64,000 nt of DNA from a virus. Below the pieces are notes generated by a model, which had not been told where the DNA came from, did no database searches, and worked only from the letters and a program-made list of their open reading frames with translations. This document shows, one piece after another, positions 1 to 7,645 of the stretch. The DNA is taken from IMG/VR virus record IMGVR_UViG_3300031521_000011, positions 64,001 through 128,000 of that record. One strand, given 5' to 3'. The first letter of the stretch is position 1; every line of letters begins with the position of its first letter. The position numbers were made by a program, and so were the translations under genes.

Positions 1-21
1 CTTTCCGCCGTTTAGTACAGC

Positions 22-492
22 TTATAAGTGTTTCCAGCTCCCTGTGCTGTCAACTCTTATTATATCACCAAACCCCTCGGATTTCATAGGCGATTCCAAT
101 GCGATATACATACTTCTTATTACATCTTGTGGAACTTGCCTTTCACGATTGTGCTGCCGGGCAAATGCTTCTTTGTAATCGATATCCATATAGACAGCAG
201 TAATGGATGCACCGTATTCTTTTGCGATAGCAATCCACTCATAACGCTGTGACTTCGTAAGGTTGCAATTATCGAGGATAATGAACTTTTTATCCTCGAG
301 TGCTTTCCTGTACCTATCCAGCGCTATGATCTTTACCTGAACTTCAAATTGCTTATCAAACTCAACTCCAAATACTTGCATGCGGATCTCATCACGATTA
401 ATCCGCACTGTATCTTGTTCCATCATATCTGCCGCCCAGGTGGACTTTCCAGATCCCGGGATACCAATCATCATTGTTACGTCGGATGCCAT
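22..492 (-). CDS. P-loop kinase, polynucleotide kinase/AAA_33-like
   Basis: Walker A GIPGSGKST, then 'RINRDEIR', 'ILDNCN' and an R-x-x-x-R lid (RQHNRER). Start placed at ATG 492 behind GAGGTG. Confidence 0.8.
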   Translation of the reverse strand: MASDVTMMIGIPGSGKSTWAADMMEQDTVRINRDEIRMQVFGVEFDKQFEVQVKIIALDRYRKALEDKKFIILDNCNLTKSQRYEWIAIAKEYGASITAVYMDIDYKEAFARQHNRERQVPQDVIRSMYIALESPMKSEGFGDIIRVDSTGSWKHL

Positions 493-502
493 AGATGCCA
501 CC

Positions 503-1012
503 TCAGTTCAAAATTTCGATACCGGTAGGAATATCAATCTCTGGATAAACAGACACCTTTTTGCCATCCTCGTCAATAAAGAATGTGCTCACGACGGTGA
601 CCTCTTCCGGCTGTCCCTGATCCCCGATCTTGATCATCGTAGTGGAGGACTGGCCATATGCGACTACTTTTTGAAGAATCCACACCTTGCTGTCACCCTG
701 CGTGATGCGTACTGATTCTCCAAGTATGGATGTTGATGGTAGTTGGGTGTCTGTCTTTTTGGAAATATCTTCCATCCCAACAGAAGATATTTCCTTCATC
801 AGGTTTTGAGACACTGACAGGATACGATCACGAGTTCTTGTTTCCGACTTCTCGATCTCATTCCGCAGCAAGAGACGCATGCGAGATTCAATACCCTTGT
901 TGTTCCTATCGATAACCTTATCGACCTGCGACATTACAGTCGCTATGGCGTCATTGACATATTTTGTTATCTGAGCCATTAAAGTATACCTTGCGGTGGC
1001 AGTGAAAAACAT
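503..1012 (-). CDS. hypothetical protein
   Basis: 169-aa ORF with GAGGGG RBS and its own promoter; no recognised motif. Confidence 0.6.
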   Translation of the reverse strand: MFFTATARYTLMAQITKYVNDAIATVMSQVDKVIDRNNKGIESRMRLLLRNEIEKSETRTRDRILSVSQNLMKEISSVGMEDISKKTDTQLPSTSILGESVRITQGDSKVWILQKVVAYGQSSTTMIKIGDQGQPEEVTVVSTFFIDEDGKKVSVYPEIDIPTGIEILN

Positions 1013-1051
1013 ATCGTAACCCCCTCAATATGAGCAGTGTTTTACCAATCA

Positions 1052-1080
1052 AATGTATATCATTATGAAGCCAATGTCAA
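1052..1080 (-). promoter_or_regulatory. sigmaA/sigma70-type promoter
   Basis: TTGACA (1080-1075), 17 nt, TACATT (1057-1052), upstream of the 1012 ORF. Confidence 0.65.
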
Positions 1081-1102
1081 TAATAGACTGAAGGATTACC
1101 CT

Positions 1103-1324
1103 TCAGTCTTGCACTCTTTTTAGTTTTGAAATTGCTGACGACAACAGATTCTCAGTAGTATAAAGAGGCAATCCAGCCTCATCTGATATTTTTTCGACAT
1201 CTGTGATTTTGTCACGATTGATTCCGAATACGATACAAATTACCTTTTTCTCTGCCTGTGTGAGCAAATCAAGATTTTTCATAACGGTTTCATATGGAAT
1301 ATCTATCTTGATTATCAACTGCAT
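1103..1324 (-). CDS. stand-alone sigma70 region-4-like HTH protein
   Basis: LDLLTQAEKKVICIVFGI...EKISDEAGLP...LLSSAISKLKR follows the sigma region-4 pattern; AGGAGG RBS. Confidence 0.7.
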   Translation of the reverse strand: MQLIIKIDIPYETVMKNLDLLTQAEKKVICIVFGINRDKITDVEKISDEAGLPLYTTENLLSSAISKLKRVQD

Positions 1325-1331
1325 TACCTCC

Positions 1332-1346
1332 TTTTCTTACTTATAC
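1332..1346 (-). promoter_or_regulatory. phage-specific motif copy 1 (GTATAAGTAAGAAAA)
   Basis: One of five GTATAAGWDAKAAAA copies; directly before the RBS of the 1324 gene. Confidence 0.7.
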
Positions 1347-1375
1347 TTGGATTGATTTTTACTTCATTGTATAAT
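1347..1375 (+). promoter_or_regulatory. sigmaA-type promoter for terminase
   Basis: TTGGAT-17-TATAAT. Confidence 0.6.
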
Positions 1376-1388
1376 AAGTCTGGAAGAG

Positions 1389-3224
1389 GTGGCCTTCGTG
1401 AGTAAAAAAACCAAAGAATTCCTCGAAAAATACGCTGAAGAGGAATACCAGAGGATAAAAGAAGAAGAAGCTTTAAACCAGCAGGCGAATGAAGAAGCGC
1501 AAGCCATGGCTTCTAGTGCTGACGAGCAATACAGCGAATTGAAGTCAAAACGGGTCAATCAGAAATATGAAAACCAAAAGGACGGCAAGCCTCTTATGAG
1601 GAATGTTATCGTCCCTTCGATTTTTGCAGAAGCCACATATCTGCTGGACGGTAGGCCATTGCGGCTCAAAAATAGAAAATACTATCGCTTCATTCACGAT
1701 GCTGACATTACCAATGGCCTATTGAAGACGGCCCGCCAGGTTGAAAAGTCTACAACCTTTTCAGTTAAAATTGCAGACGATACGCTTCTCACGCCATTCG
1801 TTAGGAGTCTATATTATGCACCATTAAATGAACAGGTGAAGATGTTCTCCGAAGATAGACTCGGGCGCCTGTTTGTATATTCTCAGGCCGACGTTATCAA
1901 GAGAACATTCATCCGATCTGCAGACAAGCAGAATGTCTTCAATAAATCTTTCTCAAATGGATCATTGATATATCTTAGACACTGTTACGGCCTAGGCGAC
2001 AATATGCGTGGTCTTTCTGTCAACAACACATACGGAGATGAAATTCAGGATATTGATATCGATGCTATCCCTGTTGTCCAGGAGTGCCAGGCCCACGCAC
2101 ATGACCTAGGCCCCGGCATTATGTCCCGGTGGTTTGCCGGCACGCCAAAGACGTTCTCCAATACAATTCAGGAACTCTGGAATCGAAGCAATCAATGCGA
2201 GTGGATCATCCGCTGCCCGGCGTGTAACCGGGACCAGATTCTTGGATTAGAGAATATCACAGAGCATGCTTACCTATGCAGAAATTCAAAATGCAGAAAG
2301 CCGCTCACTGCTGAAATCATATCTGAGTTTGGACGTTGGTTCAAACTCAATGAATCTTCGGAGACATGGGGATTCCATATCAATCAGCTTATGTCTCCAG
2401 CCATGCCGGTGGAGGAAGTTTTTGCAAAGGTTAATACCTATGATAAGCAGAGGCTATTCAATGAGGTATTGGGTCTTAGTTATGAAAACGCAGAAAAGCC
2501 ATTCCCTCCGACATTACTTGCATATATTTCAGCAAATGATTTGAAAATGATGTCTCAGCCTCAAGGATATTTTAATAACGTTCCCATCTTTATGGGTGTT
2601 GACTGGGGCACTGGAGAGCGCTCCTACACAGTCGTTTATATTGGCGCATATAATAAGGAAGGGCAATGGCAACTTCTGTACACCCACAAGTATCACACTA
2701 AGGAAGAGAATGAGAGAGATTACCAGGTTCGCGACATTGCTCGCTTAATGACAATATTTCATGTCGGATATTGCATCGCTGACTATGGTCACGGCTTTCA
2801 GTCAAATCAGCAATTGAAGAATCTCTTTAAAGAGCGTTTTGATGCCATGTTCTATTCCAGTAGTCTTGGGCAACTCAGAATATATGATTCGCAGAAATCG
2901 CACTGGGTCGTCAACAGAACAAGAACCATTCATGAATACGTGACTGCCCATAAAGAAATGCGAGTTGTCTGGCCGGGTGCAAGCAAAGAGGAGATCGAAT
3001 TTCTTTATGAACACCATCTGGCTGAGCAGACGGAATATAAATCCATGCGTCCAAAAGCAGGACAAAATATCCTAATAACCAGAAGTGAAGAGATGTACTA
3101 CTCTCACCCTGCAAGTTCTCCGGATGATGGTATGCATGCTGGCGTGTATGCATATACGGCTTCTTTGATTAAGCCGGCCGGCGGCGCTTCACAATACGGT
3201 TTCGCCGGGGCCGTATCGAGGTAG
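1389..3224 (+). CDS. terL: terminase large subunit (gpA-like)
   Basis: Variant Walker A LLKTARQVEKST, Walker B GDEIQD, GTPK coupling motif, CPAC...CRNSKC Zn motif, RNase H-like nuclease MGVDWG...PDDGMHA. Confidence 0.9.
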   Translation: MAFVSKKTKEFLEKYAEEEYQRIKEEEALNQQANEEAQAMASSADEQYSELKSKRVNQKYENQKDGKPLMRNVIVPSIFAEATYLLDGRPLRLKNRKYYRFIHDADITNGLLKTARQVEKSTTFSVKIADDTLLTPFVRSLYYAPLNEQVKMFSEDRLGRLFVYSQADVIKRTFIRSADKQNVFNKSFSNGSLIYLRHCYGLGDNMRGLSVNNTYGDEIQDIDIDAIPVVQECQAHAHDLGPGIMSRWFAGTPKTFSNTIQELWNRSNQCEWIIRCPACNRDQILGLENITEHAYLCRNSKCRKPLTAEIISEFGRWFKLNESSETWGFHINQLMSPAMPVEEVFAKVNTYDKQRLFNEVLGLSYENAEKPFPPTLLAYISANDLKMMSQPQGYFNNVPIFMGVDWGTGERSYTVVYIGAYNKEGQWQLLYTHKYHTKEENERDYQVRDIARLMTIFHVGYCIADYGHGFQSNQQLKNLFKERFDAMFYSSSLGQLRIYDSQKSHWVVNRTRTIHEYVTAHKEMRVVWPGASKEEIEFLYEHHLAEQTEYKSMRPKAGQNILITRSEEMYYSHPASSPDDGMHAGVYAYTASLIKPAGGASQYGFAGAVSR

Positions 3225-3230
3225 GCGCTA

Positions 3231-3259
3231 TTGCCTTTGCGGATAATTGACAGTATAAT
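3231..3259 (+). promoter_or_regulatory. sigmaA-type promoter
   Basis: TTGCCT-17-TATAAT. Confidence 0.7.
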
Positions 3260-3268
3260 TGATGAGAG

Positions 3269-4318
3269 GTGAGCGAAATGCCATTATCTATGCTCGATGC
3301 TTTGAAAGATATGAAGGTACAGGATGTTTCTCCTGTCAGTGTTGACTCCCCCATGACTAAGTCAAAAATGAGGGGCGCTTTTGCTGCAAAGGTTGAGGCG
3401 TGGGCTAATCAGATTCTGAAGGATTATTTTGGTCACCAAATGGACCTCAATACATTAATTGCAAACATAGCTCAGAAGAACAATCTTTCATCCGAACAGA
3501 TCAGCCGTATCATTGAAGAAGTTAACAGCGAAGTTTACCTCACAGAATATGAGAAGTCAAAAGGCAAGCCGAATCGGGAGGTTAAGTTCGTTATCGCTGA
3601 ACTTCCCAAGATAAAAGACTTGATGGGCAACAACGCTAAAGCAAATCAGCAGCCGGTGAAGGAGCCTGACGTTGGAGGTGTAGAAACTAAAATGGACAAA
3701 AAAGCAAACATGTTTGAGGATGATGGTGACAAATTAAGCTTCCTCAATTACACGACACATGACACATCCGGACTCGCGGAAGACAAGAGAGTTCCACGGG
3801 AAGAGTATCTTCGCAGAACCCTCGCAGATAAAGTAGCGGCGGTTTACAGTGAATACGAAGCAGCTTTCCTTGAACATGGTTCAGACCTTGATTGCATGGC
3901 AGATGCCCTGATTGGGTATGAGAAGTTGGGCCATGATGCAGTTGAGATCTTCACAAAGATCTGCAACGATGCAGAGCTCCAGATCAAGTATCAGTACCCG
4001 ATTATCAAGGCCACCACTGAAAAGATCGCCAGCTTGGTTGAAGAGCGGCACCTGCATGAATCATTCTCCATTAACCTGCAGCCTGTGGATTTCTTGCAGC
4101 AAGAGAAGGGTCTTTCCCTTGGAAAACATTCACTTCTCAAGCAAGCGCGTGAGGATCAGAACAATTCCAACAAGGAACTACCGAATGTGAAGACGAACAA
4201 GAAGCTCATCAAGGGTTACAAGGATCTGGTTCAGATGGCGAAGAAAGTCCAGCAAAGTCAGAGCGCTGTAGAGGCGGCAACAGCGAAAAAAGAAAAGATT
4301 GCATCTATCCTTGAGTAG
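3269..4318 (+). CDS. putative internal head protein carrying KxA motifs
   Basis: Next to terminase; helical; motifs DKKAN, DKVAA, EKIAS (twice), LKQAR. Confidence 0.55.
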   Translation: MSEMPLSMLDALKDMKVQDVSPVSVDSPMTKSKMRGAFAAKVEAWANQILKDYFGHQMDLNTLIANIAQKNNLSSEQISRIIEEVNSEVYLTEYEKSKGKPNREVKFVIAELPKIKDLMGNNAKANQQPVKEPDVGGVETKMDKKANMFEDDGDKLSFLNYTTHDTSGLAEDKRVPREEYLRRTLADKVAAVYSEYEAAFLEHGSDLDCMADALIGYEKLGHDAVEIFTKICNDAELQIKYQYPIIKATTEKIASLVEERHLHESFSINLQPVDFLQQEKGLSLGKHSLLKQAREDQNNSNKELPNVKTNKKLIKGYKDLVQMAKKVQQSQSAVEAATAKKEKIASILE

Positions 4319-4329
4319 TTCTTGAGCAG

Positions 4330-4358
4330 TTGCATTTTCCTTTTTTCTGTTGTATCAT
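4330..4358 (+). promoter_or_regulatory. sigmaA-type promoter
   Basis: TTGCAT-17-TATCAT. Confidence 0.6.
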
Positions 4359-4413
4359 TGATGAAGTAAAGCAATGTCAATAAAATACCAAAATATCGAG
4401 GAGGAATAAAATC

Positions 4414-5208
4414 ATGGCTGGCAAATATGATGAACTTATCGAAAAGGTAGCTGGCAACATTTTGGCCGAAGCTGCTGAGGAAGATGATCAGGAAGATGAA
4501 GTTGCCGACGAATCTGATGAAGGTGATGAGGGCGACGAAGGCGAATACGAAGACGGCGCTGACGAAGACGGCGACGAGGACGAAGACGGCGACGAAGACG
4601 GTGACGATGAAGACATCAGCGCCGAAGCTGCTGCCATCGACGAAATGGTTATGGAAAAAATCGCGGGCATGGGCGCCGCTGATCGTGCTGCTTTCGCAGC
4701 GAAATATACAGCGCAGGATGCCATGGGCAGGGCAAAGGGTGTTCCCGCATGGGTTCGTGGCGGCGGTGTTAAGAGGACTGCTGGAAAGTATAAGGATGCT
4801 CTTCTTGGCAAGACCAAGGATGACATGGGCCGCACACTCGGCGAATACAAGGCAATAGCCAAGCAGACCAAGGCTGACCATCTGGCGAAGGCCCGCCCCA
4901 GAGCTGCCAAAGAGTCCCAGAAGAAAATGAATGAAAACTTCATCAACCCCCTTCGCAAGAAGGTTTGGGGCGCTCGCGGAGCTACTGCTGCAGCCGCAGC
5001 CGGCATCGGTGGTGGCACATATGCCGCTATCGCTGGATCCAAGAAAAAGCACAACAAGACCGCCAGTGAAATAGTGGGCCGCCTTGAGCAGTACCTGGAA
5101 GAGTCTGAAATGATGAAGCAGGCTGCCGATGAAGTCATGAACGAAGCAGCTGTCATCGAAGATGCGGTCCTGAAGGTCGCCATGGACCTGGGTCTCTTTG
5201 ACGAATAA
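4414..5208 (+). CDS. putative processed internal head/ejection protein
   Basis: GAGGAGG RBS. Very acidic N-terminal D/E tract, basic core and Gly/Ala hydrophobic segment, delimited by EKVAG, EKIAG, NKTAS, MKQAA, LKVAM. Confidence 0.6.
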   Translation: MAGKYDELIEKVAGNILAEAAEEDDQEDEVADESDEGDEGDEGEYEDGADEDGDEDEDGDEDGDDEDISAEAAAIDEMVMEKIAGMGAADRAAFAAKYTAQDAMGRAKGVPAWVRGGGVKRTAGKYKDALLGKTKDDMGRTLGEYKAIAKQTKADHLAKARPRAAKESQKKMNENFINPLRKKVWGARGATAAAAAGIGGGTYAAIAGSKKKHNKTASEIVGRLEQYLEESEMMKQAADEVMNEAAVIEDAVLKVAMDLGLFDE

Positions 5209-5243
5209 TCCAGGCATATAGGTTATCAGCAGAATTCCTTTCT

Positions 5244-5277
5244 GAAAGGCGTTCCTTCTTAGGAGGGGACGCCTTTC
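5244..5277 (+). terminator. stem-loop after the 4414 gene
   Basis: GAAAGGCGTTCCTTC / GAGGGGACGCCTTTC inverted repeat with G-U pairs; weak U-tract. Confidence 0.5.
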
Positions 5278-5287
5278 TAGATAAAAT

Positions 5288-7096
5288 ATGGGGGAAGAAA
5301 TAATGACTCGAGAACTGTTGGATAAACTGAGGCAGGTAGAGAAAATATCTGCACCTGAGGAATATGAGGCGTACTGTGAGGAGATTCTAAAAGAAGCCGG
5401 AGTTGCTGGGAAACTTTTGAACGTCGCTATGTATGCTCCGGCTGGAATTGATGCAGCACAAACTGGTGTATCTAAGGCTAAGAGCATACTGAATAAGCCA
5501 ATCATGGTACCAAGTGTGAGACCAATCGAATCCATGAAGACACCCAATATTATAAAGCAAGCCGCATCTTTTTCTTCATATTCACGCGATAAAGACAAGG
5601 AGCGCGAAGAAAGAGAAAAGGATAAAGAGCTGGGTGTAATGAAGTACCTCCCATTTCTAGTTGGCGGAACAACACTTGGATTGGGCGCAAAAGCTGTGGC
5701 GAATAAAGGTTTTCGGCATGCAGGAAATGTTGCTTTCAAAGGTGCCGTGAAAGGCCTAACCCAAGTAGCCGGAAAACTTCCGCCTGTGAAATGGGCCCTT
5801 AATTCTCTTGAAAATGGTTTCAAGGGAAGCCTAAATCACTTTGAATCCAATATCCAGAAAGGCACCCTCTTGCCAACGAAGAAGTTAAACGATAGAGCCA
5901 GGCAAGCCCTTGCAAACGAAAATGATATTGCATTTAAGATTGCTAAGAAGTGGGGCGAGGATGTTAATAAATATTCCAATAAATACGAACAAAACTTCAA
6001 AGGCGCCTTCGACCAGTGGATGAAATATATTGGAAATGATATCAAAAAAACAAATCCAGAAGCATTCAACGCTAAAAGGGAAGATTTTGCGCGTAGATTT
6101 GCTAAAAACTATACTAAGGAAAATGTAATGCCCAAACCGCCAGATCGTGAAGAACTGCGCAAGGTATCTGAAAAGATGACTGAGGATTTAAAGAATCCAA
6201 AGCCAACTCCACAGAATGACTCCATCCACAATATTATCGGTGGTCTTGGTCAGGGACTTGCCTTCACAACAGGCGCATTTGGCATGCAATTGGCTGCCGA
6301 TGAATATTTCAGACGCAAGGATAATGACGAACTCAGACAAACATTGCGTAAATCCATGAACAAGGATAATTCAAACGATAGATCTGATGATAGGAACTAT
6401 ACTCCAAAGCAACTCGCAAATCGCATCGCTATCAAGCATATGGCCGATAATGACACCCATCGGCACGCAAGCGATGCCGATCTTGAGGCAGAGAAGCTTG
6501 CAAGGTCTCCATGGCATGAGCGCACCAAGATTCGCCAAGCTGTGACCAGATTCGTGAAAAGCCAAGAATTTCAGGATAATATCATTGGCTCTGCCAAACA
6601 GTCCATGATGAATGCAGCGATACCGGCTGGTATCGGTATCGCAATCAACAGGGACCTGAAGGGAGATCTCCATAAACTACGTGATCCGAACGGAAATGCA
6701 AAGCCAGGTCGCATTGTTATCGATATCCCAATTGAAGATAAGATGTCCAAGAGCGCTGCTCTCTCTGACAAAACAAGGGCGATCTTGGACAAGGATGGTC
6801 TGCAAGCCGCCATAAGAGCAGTGCGGGCACGGAAACCTAAAACTATGCCATCGAATCCAACCATCAACAAGTCCAGGGAAGCTCTGAAGGCGGAAGCTTG
6901 GAGAGCTGCAAAAGTTATTGCGTGGACACTCCCTCCGGCGGCCGTTGTTGCTTTAACTGGACGCAATGTACGTGGCAATTTCGAGAAGATGAACAAGCAG
7001 GATAAGCTGCAGCCAATAAAGCCAGGGATGGCCAGGGTGACTATCGAAACTGGTGACAAGCATTATAGCAATAACGATATGCAGCAGATGAGGTGA
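5288..7096 (+). CDS. putative multi-module internal head/ejection polyprotein
   Basis: Several Gly/Ala-rich hydrophobic segments alternating with basic stretches; motifs LKEAG, IKQAA, SKSAA; internal repeat near the C-terminus. Confidence 0.55.
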   Translation: MGEEIMTRELLDKLRQVEKISAPEEYEAYCEEILKEAGVAGKLLNVAMYAPAGIDAAQTGVSKAKSILNKPIMVPSVRPIESMKTPNIIKQAASFSSYSRDKDKEREEREKDKELGVMKYLPFLVGGTTLGLGAKAVANKGFRHAGNVAFKGAVKGLTQVAGKLPPVKWALNSLENGFKGSLNHFESNIQKGTLLPTKKLNDRARQALANENDIAFKIAKKWGEDVNKYSNKYEQNFKGAFDQWMKYIGNDIKKTNPEAFNAKREDFARRFAKNYTKENVMPKPPDREELRKVSEKMTEDLKNPKPTPQNDSIHNIIGGLGQGLAFTTGAFGMQLAADEYFRRKDNDELRQTLRKSMNKDNSNDRSDDRNYTPKQLANRIAIKHMADNDTHRHASDADLEAEKLARSPWHERTKIRQAVTRFVKSQEFQDNIIGSAKQSMMNAAIPAGIGIAINRDLKGDLHKLRDPNGNAKPGRIVIDIPIEDKMSKSAALSDKTRAILDKDGLQAAIRAVRARKPKTMPSNPTINKSREALKAEAWRAAKVIAWTLPPAAVVALTGRNVRGNFEKMNKQDKLQPIKPGMARVTIETGDKHYSNNDMQQMR

Positions 7097-7100
7097 AAAC

Positions 7101-7361
7101 ATGGCCGGGACTCAAGCAAATAAAATTCTAGGGCCTATCCGCGAGGCGGCCCTATCCCAGAAGACAATCATACTCGAATACCGTGATGCCGATGGCAAGG
7201 TAACACAGCGGGAGGCGGAGCCTTACGAAATCAACGACAAGGGGCTCTATGCCTTTGCTTTGAATCGTGATGCGATTCGACTGTTCAAGATCGACAATAT
7301 TATCAGTGTTCGCAACACCGGACATCCTTTCATACCACGGTTCCCAATCAAAATCACATGA
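7101..7361 (+). CDS. stand-alone WYL-domain protein
   Basis: IILEYRDADGKVTQREAEPYEI...LYAFALNRDAIRLFKIDNI matches the WYL pattern. Confidence 0.85.
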   Translation: MAGTQANKILGPIREAALSQKTIILEYRDADGKVTQREAEPYEINDKGLYAFALNRDAIRLFKIDNIISVRNTGHPFIPRFPIKIT

Positions 7362-7367
7362 GTTAGT

Positions 7368-7395
7368 TTGCAGTATACAATACTTATGTTATAAT
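7368..7395 (+). promoter_or_regulatory. sigmaA-type promoter with extended -10
   Basis: TTGCAG-16-TATAAT with TGn before the -10. Confidence 0.6.
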
Positions 7396-7417
7396 CGAAG
7401 CGATGGAGGTGGAAATT

Positions 7418-7576
7418 ATGAGTTTACCAAAAGGTGCCGAAGGTCATCCCGGATTCATAGCGTGGAAAGGCAAGACTGCTACCAAGGCTGAGTCAAGCCC
7501 TGAACCTGAAAAGAAAACCGAACCCGATAAGCAGGTGGAAGCCAAAAAGGATCCGCCAGCCGATGAAAAGAAATAA
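7418..7576 (+). CDS. small 52-aa protein, not in the ORF track
   Basis: GGAGGTGG RBS; MSLPKGAEGHPGFIAWKGKTATKAESSPEPEKKTEPDKQVEAKKDPPADEKK*; own promoter; hairpin at 7616-7638 follows. Confidence 0.7.
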   Translation: MSLPKGAEGHPGFIAWKGKTATKAESSPEPEKKTEPDKQVEAKKDPPADEKK

Positions 7577-7645
7577 CGGATCATCACGCCAAGGAATTGA
7601 ATCCAAGGGGGTGTAGGGCAGGGCTCATGGCCCTGCCCAATTCGC

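Noticed and set aside
4258-5823. 521-aa - strand ORF and similar long antisense ORFs (4488-5183, 13088-13900, 31388-32128, 32950-33771, 36870-37616)
   Set aside because: Shadows of well-supported + strand genes with biased codons; no RBS or motifs.
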